From Dehalococcoidia bacterium (GTDB lineage Bacteria; Chloroflexota; Dehalococcoidia; Plut-88900), in the NCBI GenBank assembly GCA_965197645.1, contig OZ240219.1:1-64000 (forward strand): DNA of 64,000 nucleotides. Direction: 5' to 3'. Position numbers and translations under genes: made by a program. This document shows, one piece after another, positions 9,844-19,869 of this stretch. The notes beneath the pieces are model-generated. The model had not been told where the DNA came from and did not search any database. It saw only the letters and a program-made list of their open reading frames with translations. Numbering within the stretch: position 1 is the first letter of the stretch; each line of letters opens with the position of its first letter.

Positions 9844-11283
9844 TTGCTGCTCGTTGCCTACCTGTTCTCCATCGACATACGAGCCAGCCTGGGCGCGTCC
9901 ATAACGGGTGACGAGCCTTTCTACCTGCTCACCACCCAGAGCCTCATCCAGGACGGTGACCTGGACCTGACCAACCAGTACGACGCCAGGTCCTACGAGA
10001 GCTTTTTCGATCACCCCGACGGTCTCTGGCGACAATCCATCCCTTCCCACGACGGACGCCTCCTGAGTCCCCATAATCCCGGTCTCTCCCTTCTATTGAT
10101 ACCGGGATTTGCCCTCGGTGGGTTGCTGGGCGCTCAGGTGCAACTGGTCGTACTGGGAGCCGCAGCCATGACGTTGGCCTACCTGCTCGCAGTCCGCCTT
10201 TCCGGTAGGCCCGAGATTTGCTGGGCAGTCGCCCTCGCCGTCGGGCTTTCCGCCACGGCATTCGTCTATTCCTCTGAGATCTATCCCGAGTTTCCTGCCG
10301 CCTTGGCGCTCCTGGTTTGCCTCTTGATAGTGACCCGGAGGAACAGACTATCTGTGCGCGATGGATTTTTCTTGATGATTGGCCTAACAGCGATGTGCTG
10401 GCTCGGGGTCAAGTATGCCCCCATAGCCGCACTGCTCGCCGCCTACTTCCTATACAAGGCCGACATCCGGGGCCGAGGGACCTTGTTGGCGTTGGGGGCC
10501 GGCTCGACCGCCTATTTCATCTGGTTCCACCTGGTTACCTTCGAGGGGCTAACCCCTTACAACGTCAACGTCGTCTACGCAGGTTTCTCGGCCGTGGAGC
10601 TGGTCGATAGCCACGTGGCCATCACCGACCGTATCTACAGGCTCTGGGGCCTCTTCGTCGACCGCCGATTCGGAATAGGTCGATGGGCTCCCCTCTTGCT
10701 GGCGGTGGTCCCGGCCCTGGTCCTGCTGGTCCCGGGAAACGGCAAGCGCCGGCTCTTGCTCGGTCTGGTAATCGTCCAGGTGCTTATCGCCACCTTCGTG
10801 GCCATAACCATGATGGGTTGGTGGTTCCCCGGCAGGACGCTTCTAACGGTGTTGCCCCTGTTTGTTGCGCCCCTGGCCCTCTTGATTGCGAGGGCTGACG
10901 GACCCGTTCGCTGGGGAATGACCGTTCTGGCGTTATACGGCATAGCCGTAACCGGGGGGCTCGCCTACGCTGGCCATACCGGGGAAATCACTATAGCTGT
11001 AGACCCCTTCGATATGGGGTTTCCCCTGTTCAAAGGGCTCTCGTGGGCCTTCCCTCAGTACACTTACTGGAACTGGGAGACGTGGACGCTCACGATCGTG
11101 TGGCTGATGATTGGCGGAGCCACCGCTCTACTAATAGTGAGAGACATGTACGCAAGCACCCGACCTCCAACAACGACCACGAGTGATACTGGAGGCTTGC
11201 CGGAAGAGTGCTACGCAAGTGGTGTAGCAGAAGCAGGCTATGGGCAAATAGAGAAAGAGTTACGGCTCATCCGAGGGTTCTAG
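9844..11283 (+). CDS. Polytopic membrane protein, GT-C glycosyltransferase-like; probable true start is GTG 9778, interrupted by TGA at 9823
   Basis: GDEPFYL after the first TM, YSSEIYPE, many TM helices. Confidence 0.65.
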   Translation: MLLVAYLFSIDIRASLGASITGDEPFYLLTTQSLIQDGDLDLTNQYDARSYESFFDHPDGLWRQSIPSHDGRLLSPHNPGLSLLLIPGFALGGLLGAQVQLVVLGAAAMTLAYLLAVRLSGRPEICWAVALAVGLSATAFVYSSEIYPEFPAALALLVCLLIVTRRNRLSVRDGFFLMIGLTAMCWLGVKYAPIAALLAAYFLYKADIRGRGTLLALGAGSTAYFIWFHLVTFEGLTPYNVNVVYAGFSAVELVDSHVAITDRIYRLWGLFVDRRFGIGRWAPLLLAVVPALVLLVPGNGKRRLLLGLVIVQVLIATFVAITMMGWWFPGRTLLTVLPLFVAPLALLIARADGPVRWGMTVLALYGIAVTGGLAYAGHTGEITIAVDPFDMGFPLFKGLSWAFPQYTYWNWETWTLTIVWLMIGGATALLIVRDMYASTRPPTTTTSDTGGLPEECYASGVAEAGYGQIEKELRLIRGF

Positions 11284-12244
11284 TCCAGTCCCGATTCTCC
11301 ATGTACCATTCGACTGTGCGCTGAATCCCGTCTTCCATGTTCACCGTAGGGCCCCAGTTCAAGAGTCTTTTGGCCCTGCTACTATCCGCCCACGTAACCA
11401 ATGGGTCGGTGGGATGTCTCTCTTCGTACTCAATGAGAGCCTCCTTCCCCACCAACTTCTCTATGATGGCGATGACCTCATTGATGCATACGGGGCTCTC
11501 ATTGCCCAAATTCAGAATCTCGTATCCTTGGAGATCCAGCGCGGCCACCGTCCCACGAGCCACATCAGTCACATAGGTGAAATCCCTGCGCTGGGTTCCA
11601 TCTCCGTAGACCGTGATGGGTTGATCCTCGGCAATGCTCCTAATGAACCTGAAGATGCTCATGTCCGGCCGACCCCCTGGCCCATAAACCGTGAAGTAGC
11701 GCAAGACCGAGGCATTGATATCGTACAGATGGTGGTACGAATAAAGGAGTGTCTCGGCGGCCTTTTTTGACGCTGCGTAAGGTGACAAAGGTCTGCTGGA
11801 CGGGGAGTCTTCACTTACCGGGCCTTTTACGCCGGCGCCATAGACGCTGGAAGTCGATGCAAGGACGAACCTCTGGATATCGAATTCCCTGCACAGTTCC
11901 AGAAGATTAAGGCAACCCAAGGTATTTGCCTCATAGTAGGCCCTGGGCTGCTCCACACTCCCCCTGACTCCAGCCCGAGCGGCGAGATTGATGATCGCTG
12001 ATATGGACTCAGCCCTGCGCCATTGCTCTATGCAGGACCATAGCGAATCCAGGTCTCGGATATCTGCTTGGTGGAATTTGAACTTTGGACTCCGGTCAAG
12101 GGCATTTAGACGCCACTGGCGCAGAGGGGAGCTTTCCGCATCGAGGAAGAGATCGAGACCCAGTACCGAGTGGCCTTGTTCAAGAAGAAGTTGGACAACG
12201 TTGGACCCTATGAAACCTGCACAGCCCGTGACTAAGACGTTCAA
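11267..12244 (-). CDS. NAD-dependent nucleotide-sugar epimerase (UDP-glucuronate 4-epimerase-like)
   Basis: VTGCAGFIG, LAARAGVR, YAASK, RYFTVYGPGGRPDM, RDFTYV. Confidence 0.9.
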   Translation of the reverse strand: MNVLVTGCAGFIGSNVVQLLLEQGHSVLGLDLFLDAESSPLRQWRLNALDRSPKFKFHQADIRDLDSLWSCIEQWRRAESISAIINLAARAGVRGSVEQPRAYYEANTLGCLNLLELCREFDIQRFVLASTSSVYGAGVKGPVSEDSPSSRPLSPYAASKKAAETLLYSYHHLYDINASVLRYFTVYGPGGRPDMSIFRFIRSIAEDQPITVYGDGTQRRDFTYVTDVARGTVAALDLQGYEILNLGNESPVCINEVIAIIEKLVGKEALIEYEERHPTDPLVTWADSSRAKRLLNWGPTVNMEDGIQRTVEWYMENRDWTRTLG

Positions 12245-12734
12245 TTGGATTCGGTTTCCTCGGTTGGTTTCATTGCCGTCGTCGGGAGCAGAGACATACC
12301 AGTGTGCCGGAACGGTTTAGGTCAATGTGAACGCGCATGACCCTAAGGCCAAACCGTTACATTGAAGATGATAGCAGAATCGACGAGTAGCCCACCGGTG
12401 TCTGGTGCGGCGCTGGATGGCAGCCGGCTTGTCCGGCGTGCTGATCAGGGGATCCTCGCACTCGCAGTCTCGCTGCCAACCAATCTGAGTACAGCCCTCC
12501 CATCTTCTTCGCTGGCGGGCGATGTATCGACGGTAGAGAGTTAGGGCACGCGGCTGGTTCTGCGACGTATTCCACTTTGACACTACTTTCGCCATCCGGT
12601 AGCCGGCGTTTACGGTCTCATCCCGGACCAGTTCCACCTCATCTTCACCATGTTCACCCCAGGGCGCAGTTACTCCACGCTACCGGCGATTAGTACGTGA
12701 GAAATCCGAAAGCCCGTGGAGGAATAGGGTGGGT

Positions 12735-12770
12735 TTGACAAAAACACCGTCGTATAAGAACATATGTACT
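12735..12770 (+). promoter_or_regulatory. TTGACA promoter element and LexA/SOS-like box
   Basis: TTGACA at 12735-12740; GAAC-ATAT-GTAC at 12758-12769, one mismatch to the Gram-positive/Dehalococcoides GAAC-N4-GTTC box. Confidence 0.5.
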
Positions 12771-12792
12771 CTATACATCAGGGGAAATCATT

Positions 12793-13566
12793 ATGCCATC
12801 GACCATCGAATGGACGGACGAGACTTGGAACCCGGTGACGGGTTGCACCCGGGTGTCTCCCGGCTGCGATAACTGCTATATGTTTGCCCTGTACCCACGG
12901 CTCAGAGCAATGGGCGTACCCGGCTACGGGGGGGATCCGAGCCAGGTCAAACTACTGCCGGATCGGCTGGACGTCCCGATGCGCTGGGGAAAACCCCGGC
13001 GTGTGTTCGTCAACAGCATGTCGGACGTGTTTCACCCGCAGGTATCCTTTGACTTCGTGTACCGGATCTTCGACGTGATGCGGAAAGCAGGCGACCAGCG
13101 GGGGCACATATTCCAAGTATTGACAAAAAGGCCGGGGAGGGCGGTCGCGTGGTGGAGAAAATTCAGACACATTTTCGATGACGCGTGGCCACCAAATGTT
13201 TGGATCGGCACGTCTGTCGAGACCCAGAAGTACGCACCCCGGATCAGCGTGCTTGCGCGTCTCCCCGCACCCGTTAGATTCGTGTCAGCGGAGCCCTTGC
13301 TTGAGGCGGTGGACCTCAGGCGATGGCTTGATTCGGGCGATGTGCAGTGGGTCATCGCCGGAGGAGAAAGCGGGATGGCCGCCAGGCCTATGAATGTTGA
13401 CTGGGTCAGAGATTTACGTGACCAATCGGCCGAGGCTGGAGTGGCGTTCTTCCTGAAGCAATTAGGGGGAAGGCGAGGCAAACGGTCAGGAAATGAGGCC
13501 GTGATAGACGGGCGCACGTGCAGAGAATATCCGGAGCCGCTGGAAGGACATGCGTATGCCTCCTAG
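12793..13566 (+). CDS. Phage Gp37/Gp68 (DUF5131) three-Cys-motif protein
   Basis: IEWTDETWNPVTGCTRVSPGCDNCY, FVNSMSD, QVLTKRP, SAEPLL, WVIAGGESG. Confidence 0.92.
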   Translation: MPSTIEWTDETWNPVTGCTRVSPGCDNCYMFALYPRLRAMGVPGYGGDPSQVKLLPDRLDVPMRWGKPRRVFVNSMSDVFHPQVSFDFVYRIFDVMRKAGDQRGHIFQVLTKRPGRAVAWWRKFRHIFDDAWPPNVWIGTSVETQKYAPRISVLARLPAPVRFVSAEPLLEAVDLRRWLDSGDVQWVIAGGESGMAARPMNVDWVRDLRDQSAEAGVAFFLKQLGGRRGKRSGNEAVIDGRTCREYPEPLEGHAYAS

Positions 13567-14644
13567 AACCACCACGTGGCCCCTCGAACCGCACACTCGC
13601 GGCAAACATTTGGTGCTTGAGCGTTACATGCAAGCTTGGCTACCTATCATGACGAAGTGGAATGAGCGAGTCCTGTTCATCGACGCATTCGCGGGGCCAG
13701 GCGAATACTCAGGCGGTGAGCCAGGGTCGCCTGTGATAGCTCTGCAGGCGTTAATTGAGCATCGCGCCAAGAACCGAATGCAAAGTGATATTAACTATCT
13801 GTTCATAGAAGTGGACCGTGATCGCTGCCAACACCTGACACGAGTACTTGACAGTTTGAAAGGACAGTTACCCCCCAACTGCAGCTACAAAGTCATCAAC
13901 TCCACTTTTGACAAGACACTCACTGAAGTTCTCGACAATGTTGAGGAGCAACGGACACTCCTAGATCCGTCATTTGTCATGATTGACCCTTTCGGGGTCT
14001 CGGGGACGCCCATGAGTACAATCAGCCGAATATTAGATAATCCAAAGTCAGAAGTTTTCATCTCTCTGTTGTATCGGGAGATGAACCGATTCCTTGGACA
14101 TCCCAGTTTTTCACAACATCTTGATAACTTGTTTGGTAGCACTGCTTGGCGTGAGGCGGTAGGCATGTCTGATTCCGAGTTTAGAAAGAAGTTCCTATTC
14201 GACCTATACAGAGACCAGTTGAAAGTGAGTGGAGCAGAATACGTAGTACGGTTCGAACTCTATGAGAAACAGGAAATGGTCTATGCAATCTTCTTTGGAA
14301 CCAAGAACTTGGATGGGTGCAACAAGATGAAGCAAGCGATTTGGAAAGTCGCTCCATTCGGAGACTTCAAATTCAGAGGCAGCCGACTCGGTCAGCTTAC
14401 CCTTGGCGAGGACTTTGTGGACTTCAGCTTGCTTGAGAACGTCCTGCAGGACCAGTTCCGAGGGAAAAGCTGGCAGAAGATAGAAGATGTTGACAACTTC
14501 GTGAAATCGGACGCTACGGATTTCCACTCCGGCCATCTCAAACTCAAGACACTAACACCCATGGAAAAGAGAGGCACAATCCAGGCAAAACGTCCTCATG
14601 GAAGCCGTGGCTTCGTTCCGGGCACCCGAATTTTTTTTCTTTAA
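13553..14644 (+). CDS. tcmP: Three-Cys-motif partner protein (methyltransferase fold)
   Basis: HTRGKH..Y..AW, FIDAFAGPG, GSP, IDPFG; overlaps the DUF5131 gene. Confidence 0.85.
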   Translation, partial: RMPPRTTTWPLEPHTRGKHLVLERYMQAWLPIMTKWNERVLFIDAFAGPGEYSGGEPGSPVIALQALIEHRAKNRMQSDINYLFIEVDRDRCQHLTRVLDSLKGQLPPNCSYKVINSTFDKTLTEVLDNVEEQRTLLDPSFVMIDPFGVSGTPMSTISRILDNPKSEVFISLLYREMNRFLGHPSFSQHLDNLFGSTAWREAVGMSDSEFRKKFLFDLYRDQLKVSGAEYVVRFELYEKQEMVYAIFFGTKNLDGCNKMKQAIWKVAPFGDFKFRGSRLGQLTLGEDFVDFSLLENVLQDQFRGKSWQKIEDVDNFVKSDATDFHSGHLKLKTLTPMEKRGTIQAKRPHGSRGFVPGTRIFFL

Positions 14645-15228
14645 CTAATGGGGCCGATTGCCATTTCCTCACTCTGACTGGCCAGTGAACTCGTGAACTA
14701 CCGGCCACACCTGGCCCCCTTTGAATACACCTTTCTCTCACTTATCCTCAAGCGGCGCGCCGGTCCTCTGACAGAGTACTGATTCATGGCCACAGCCCAG
14801 GAAAACGAACGTATCCGCTAGGAGCCGGAGGAGAGATGTTCGATACCGGCGTAGAGTCGTCTCTGCCACGAGGTCGAACACCCCGGGCACGGTGCGATGG
14901 AAAGTCGGTATGAATGAAAGGACAGCAGCAAGGTGGTCCATCATCCTTTCTCCCCAGATGGGCAGTCGGGTTCTGGCTGTACCTGCTCGGGCGGGTCTCA
15001 TTGACAAAAAGCCGGATTGTCGGGTAGTGTTTCGGAATTGATACGGGGTATCCGTGCTCCTCGCAGAGATGGGAGCGGGTAGCATTGCCTTCATAACCCG
15101 GATAAGTGCGTTGGAACAGGTCTCCCTCCGATGCAAGCCACGTTTTGAGATTTAGCGGGGAAGAAGATAGGCCCCTCGTGAGATCTCCGCCCCCCGCCGT
15201 CCGGCATCGTGCCCATGGCGATAGGCAT

Positions 15229-16131
15229 ATGAACTCATACAAGAAGTTAGATCGCAGGTGGTTGGTCACCGGGTTTGCCATGGTGCTCCTGCTCTCAGCG
15301 GCTGCGTGTGGATCGGACCCTACGCTCACCGCTGTTCCGCCTTCTACGCCGACTGCTGCGCCGACCTCCACGCCTACTGCTGTACCGACTCCCACAGCGA
15401 CCGTCGCGCCGACTCCTACGGCAACCATTGCACCAACTCCTACCCCCACCGTCGCCCCGACTCCTACAGCAACCGCTTTATCTACCCCCATGGCAACAAC
15501 TGACTCCCCGGTGAATGATCTGATTTCAAGCGCGGGTGAAGCTCTGGTGGCCATGTCGACGGTCACATTCCGGATGATTGACGAGTTGGAATCGGGCACC
15601 AAATTCTTTGGGACGACTCTCAAGACCGTGGAGGGAGAGATAAAGTCTCCCGATAGCTTCAGGATGACGGTAGACGTGGTGGCTCCGGCCCTCGGATTTC
15701 TGGAAATCGAAATGATGGCGATCGGGGAAGAGGCGTATATGAAGTTCTCCGCGGACGCGCCGTGGACCCCTCTGCCCCTGGAGCAGGTCCCATTCAACTT
15801 CGGGGGGATAGGCGTTACCGTCAGCGAACTGCTATCGACCATGAAGGACGCAGCCATCACCGGGCGGGAGTCGGTAGAGGGCATACAGACGGTCCGTGTA
15901 GAAGGAATCGTGGTGTCCGAGGAGCTTTCGGACCTCATTACGTCGGTGGATCCGGGCTATCCGGTCACGTTGACCTTCTGGTTTGACGAGGAAGACCATA
16001 TTCTGCAGCAGTTCAGAATAGCCGGCCAAGTCTTTGCCGACGATGCGCCGGAAACCAAGCGTCTGCTTAATTTTTCCAACTACAACGCTCCTGTCGATAT
16101 CCAACTGCCGGATGTAGCCTCGGGGTCGTGA
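15229..16131 (+). CDS. LppX/LprAFG family lipoprotein with Pro/Thr linker
   Basis: Lipobox AAAC, PT repeat, LolA-like beta pattern, FSNYNAPVDIQLP ending. Confidence 0.75.
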   Translation: MNSYKKLDRRWLVTGFAMVLLLSAAACGSDPTLTAVPPSTPTAAPTSTPTAVPTPTATVAPTPTATIAPTPTPTVAPTPTATALSTPMATTDSPVNDLISSAGEALVAMSTVTFRMIDELESGTKFFGTTLKTVEGEIKSPDSFRMTVDVVAPALGFLEIEMMAIGEEAYMKFSADAPWTPLPLEQVPFNFGGIGVTVSELLSTMKDAAITGRESVEGIQTVRVEGIVVSEELSDLITSVDPGYPVTLTFWFDEEDHILQQFRIAGQVFADDAPETKRLLNFSNYNAPVDIQLPDVASGS

Positions 16132-17630
16132 ACGCAGCTAGGTCCCGTCTCGCTTCCCTCGGTTCCTCCCAACCGGTTGTCTTGGGAATCGTCTGTCTGG
16201 GGGTAATGTCGACCGCACTGGACCAGACTGTGGTGGTCGCCGCCTTGCCGGGCGTAATGGTGGACCTGGAGATCCCCCTCACGGACCTGGATAAGGCGTC
16301 CTGGATCGTAACCGGGTACCTGGTCAGCTATACCGTGGCCATGCCGCTGGCGGGCCGCCTGTCCGACGTCCACGGACGCGTCAGGATGTTCCAGGCGGCG
16401 CTGGTACTGTTCTCCATCGGCTCGGCGTTGGTGGCTATTGCGCCGAACTTCCCTTGGATAGTGTCCGCCAGGGCCCTCCAAGCCGTTGGAGGCGGCGCCA
16501 CGGTCCCCATAGGTCTGGCCATGGCGGCGGGAGCCGTAGCGCCGGAGAAAAGGGGAGTAGCCATAGGACTGGTGGCCGCCGCAGCCGAAGCGGGGTCCGT
16601 ACTGGGTCCCCTCTACGGAGGCGGCATCATCGAGTGGATTGGCTGGCGGTGGATATTCTGGCTGGACATACCCCAGAGCTTCGTCCTGATAGCGCTTCTG
16701 GCCATTTTGACGAACCACGCCAGTCCTGGAGCGAAAATGGACTACTTTGGAGCGCTCGCGCTGGGTGGGGCCCTCACTGTTCTAACCATTGCGCTGTCCC
16801 AAAGAAGCATCTTTTCAGGAGAGTCCGTCGTCCCGTATCTCCTGGCAGTCCTGGGAGTCCTCATGGTCGGTGGACTGATAATGGTGGAGAGACGCGCCGT
16901 CCAGCCTCTGCTGGCATCTTTCCTGTACACCTCCAGGGCGTTCTTGTCCTCCAACGTTACCCAGTTCCTGGTGGGTGTCGCACTGATCATTGCCCTGGTA
17001 GCCGTGCCCCTCATGGCTGGCACCGTCATGGAGAAGGAGGCCTGGGAGAGCGCCCTCCACCTGGCTCGTCTTATGACCGCTATTCCGGTCGGGGCGCTGG
17101 TCGGAGGCTACATCCTGCGTTGGACGGGAGTGCGAGCGGTGTGCATAACCGGGCTTGCGCTCATGGGAACAGGCCTGCTGTTCATGAGTGGTTGGGAGAC
17201 GCAGGTAGCGGAGCTCAGGCTGACGGTGCCGTTGGCCATGGCAGGTTTGGGATTCGGGCTGGTCATCCCTCCTATAGGCGTAAGCGCTCTGAGCGCGGCG
17301 CCCAGCAACTACTGGGGCGCCGCGGCCTCGCTGGTCACGGCATCGCGGATGGTGGGTATGGCGTTGGGGCTGGCCGCCCTGTCCGCCTGGGGGATAGAGC
17401 GCTTCTACAGCCTGACCGCCCACGTAACGGTTGGATCGACATACGAGGAGACCGAGGCTCCCTTGATTGAAGCTGGCGTGATCGTGTTCCAGAACCTCTT
17501 CATGATCGCCGGTATCCTGTCTCTGGTAGCCATTCTGCCCGCCCTACTGATGAAAGTGAAAGACGTCTCCAAATCGCCTGATGCCGTCCCCGCCGACCCT
17601 GAAGGATGGCAGCTCGCGGGTAGAAGCTGA
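16128..17630 (+). CDS. DHA2/P55-like MFS transporter
   Basis: ALDQTVV, WIVTGYL, GRLSDVHGR, GPLYGG, WRWIF; GTGA overlap with the lipoprotein gene. Confidence 0.9.
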   Translation: MNAARSRLASLGSSQPVVLGIVCLGVMSTALDQTVVVAALPGVMVDLEIPLTDLDKASWIVTGYLVSYTVAMPLAGRLSDVHGRVRMFQAALVLFSIGSALVAIAPNFPWIVSARALQAVGGGATVPIGLAMAAGAVAPEKRGVAIGLVAAAAEAGSVLGPLYGGGIIEWIGWRWIFWLDIPQSFVLIALLAILTNHASPGAKMDYFGALALGGALTVLTIALSQRSIFSGESVVPYLLAVLGVLMVGGLIMVERRAVQPLLASFLYTSRAFLSSNVTQFLVGVALIIALVAVPLMAGTVMEKEAWESALHLARLMTAIPVGALVGGYILRWTGVRAVCITGLALMGTGLLFMSGWETQVAELRLTVPLAMAGLGFGLVIPPIGVSALSAAPSNYWGAAASLVTASRMVGMALGLAALSAWGIERFYSLTAHVTVGSTYEETEAPLIEAGVIVFQNLFMIAGILSLVAILPALLMKVKDVSKSPDAVPADPEGWQLAGRS

Positions 17631-17839
17631 CGTATGGACAAGCGGCCCTCGTATTCTGGATGGGCACCCCAGCCCGGAAGCAAGCGCTAGACCCGAGAAT
17701 CCGGCTGAGGAATGTCGATCGACGCCAACCCGACGTAGGGAGCCCGCCAACGCACCGCTGCCTTCCCCCTTTCCCGAGGCTGGTACTTCGTGGCGAGCCG
17801 TCAGGCTGTACGGAAGGCCAAGCTCATCCGGAAGACCTG

Positions 17840-18050
17840 GATGGGGGAGAGCATCATCTCGGTTACGGTCACAGACTCGATCACAGACCGGCAGACCGAG
17901 GCTATCAGCACGACCATCGCCGCGGCTCTTGGCGTCCTCGCCGTCTTCTTCTGGGTAACGGTACGGCAACCGGCGCTGGCGTTCATAGCAGTGGGGCCGA
18001 TAGTGCTTGTGCTCATCTCGGTATTAGGCACTATGGCGCTGCTGGGCAGG
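17840..18050 (+). pseudogene. Internal fragment of an MMPL/RND transporter
   Basis: GESIISVTVTDSITDRQ...IAVGPIVLVLISVLGTMALLG, with no plausible start or continuation. Confidence 0.5.
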
Positions 18051-18254
18051 TCGGTCACCCGGATGCCTGCGGTCTACATCGTCGCTGCGCTGGCGGCAAC
18101 GGTAGTGCTGGAACCACCTCCTCTTTACTATCTTCCGTTCATCTATCGGGCTGACCGGGTTGTAGGTCGCCAGACAGAGCTTGTCGGACCGGTTGGCCCA
18201 CGGCTGCTGGCCAGTCGACATTTCGAACGTGGTACAGCCCGGTAAGGAGAACCC

Positions 18255-18896
18255 ATGAGATTCGATGCCGAAAGCTATCTTGGCGCAGTGGAGCGCTCCG
18301 TATCCCCGCTGGAGCGCGATGGACGACCCGCCAGCGCGGTCATGCTTTCTCGCAGCTACGCGACGCCGGTTGCAAACTTGTGGGACGCCATCACGAACAC
18401 AGAACGAATTCCGCACTGGTTTCTGCCGATCAGCGGTGATCTCGAACAGGGTGGTCGCTATCACTTGGAAGGCAACGCGAGCGGCGTGATTTCAGCGTGC
18501 GAGCCGCTCTCACATTTGGCGCTCACCTGGGAGTTCGGCGAGGACGTTAACTGGGTAGAAGTCCATCTCTCCGATGAAGGAAGCAGCCGCGTGCGGGCCA
18601 CACTAACCCACACAGTGTACCATTCAGAACACTGGGAAACCTACGGGCCTGGAGCGGTGGGCGTTGGTTGGGAGATGGGCCTCCTGGGACTTGATATGCA
18701 CCTATCGCAACCCGACGAGCCCAAGCCGGACGATGCCGACTTTGCCACCTCACCGGACGGCAGGGCGTTCATCAAGAGCAGCAGCGCTGCGTGGGAGCAA
18801 GCGTGGGTAAAGGCCGGAACGGACGCAGCAGACGCACGGGCGGCGGCCAGGCGAACGACCGCGTTCTACACCGGTGAGCCAGTCGATCCCGATTAA
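18255..18896 (+). CDS. SRPBCC/AHSA1 family protein
   Basis: LWDAITNTERIPHWF, GPGAVGVGWE; AAGGAG RBS. Confidence 0.85.
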   Translation: MRFDAESYLGAVERSVSPLERDGRPASAVMLSRSYATPVANLWDAITNTERIPHWFLPISGDLEQGGRYHLEGNASGVISACEPLSHLALTWEFGEDVNWVEVHLSDEGSSRVRATLTHTVYHSEHWETYGPGAVGVGWEMGLLGLDMHLSQPDEPKPDDADFATSPDGRAFIKSSSAAWEQAWVKAGTDAADARAAARRTTAFYTGEPVDPD

Positions 18897-18941
18897 CGCA
18901 CGAACGCTGCCGAACCTTTGGAACTCGAAAGCACGCGGGCC

Positions 18942-19670
18942 TCATAGCGGCAGGCTAGTCCCGGCCTCCCGCAAACGCTTCCGCCGTTGCTGGGAGTCCG
19001 GCATCACTTCGGACACCAGCCCCCAGAAGTCCGCCGAGTGGTTCGGATGAGTGAGGTGAGCAAGCTCGTGGACGACGATGTACTCGATAAGTGGAGGCGC
19101 GAGCATCATCATGCGCCAGTTGAAGCGAAGCGTGCCGTCGGAGGCACAGCTTCCCCAGCGGCGGCGTTGGTCGCGAACGAGTACCCGCGACTTCTCCCCT
19201 CGACCGAGCCTGGGCCACCACCGTTCTACTAAGCCTGCCAACCGTTCGGCGGCGCGGGCTCGATACCACCCGACGACGGCTTGGCGAATCGACTCGTAGC
19301 GTTCATCGCCGACTAGGCTCGGTGTCACGGCGATGCGGAAGCCCGAGTGATCGAATCGAACCTCGGGCGAGGAGACCGTGGTGAACTCGACGGTCAAAGG
19401 GACATCCCGATCCAGGTACGGCAGCGTCTCGCCGCTGACGAAGCGCTTGGGCGCGGCCTCCAGCACCTCGCTCGACGTATGGCTGAGGATCCAGGACGCC
19501 CGCTTCCGAACGAAGTCCCGCAGCTCGCTATCGGGCGTTGCGGTGGGTGCGGCAACCTGCACGCTGCCTCGGTCAACGGTAATCTGGACCGTCTTCCTGC
19601 GTCGCTTACTGCGGCGCACCTCGTACTCGATGGTCGTGTCCCCGAAGCGGACGCTGCCCCGCTCGCTCAC
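18942..19670 (-). CDS. YgjP/M48-like (SprT) metal-dependent hydrolase
   Basis: RRWGSC, FNWR, YIVVHELAHL, NHSADFW. Confidence 0.9.
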   Translation of the reverse strand: MSERGSVRFGDTTIEYEVRRSKRRRKTVQITVDRGSVQVAAPTATPDSELRDFVRKRASWILSHTSSEVLEAAPKRFVSGETLPYLDRDVPLTVEFTTVSSPEVRFDHSGFRIAVTPSLVGDERYESIRQAVVGWYRARAAERLAGLVERWWPRLGRGEKSRVLVRDQRRRWGSCASDGTLRFNWRMMMLAPPLIEYIVVHELAHLTHPNHSADFWGLVSEVMPDSQQRRKRLREAGTSLPL

Positions 19671-19840
19671 CTACTACTCCTACGGCTGGCTATCTCCGAG
19701 CTCAGGTTCGCCAACTCAGGCAGTTCCTTTTCCGTGTAGCCGTCCGCGGATCTGAGCCCGCGCTCGATGTGGCGACGCATCAGCCGATTGACCTCATCAC
19801 TCTACTACCAGTCGACAACGCCATGGTGTTGCCGGAGAGA
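19667..19840 (-). pseudogene. Remnant of a type I restriction HsdR C-terminus
   Basis: Translates as LRQHHGVVDW**SDEVNRLMRRHIERGL...ELANL...R*, with GTGA overlap into the ygjP-like gene. Confidence 0.55.
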
Positions 19841-19869
19841 CAGTCCCATCCACACTTCCATCGGCGCCT

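Noticed and set aside
12317-12637. 106-aa minus-strand ORF with GWQRDCEC
   Set aside because: No recognisable family or RBS; possibly a remnant, but I cannot support a call.
15001-15130. Possible riboswitch (TPP-like) after a TTGACA promoter
   Set aside because: It has only loose resemblance; the conserved CUGAGA and CCUGA core is missing. An Rfam scan would settle it.
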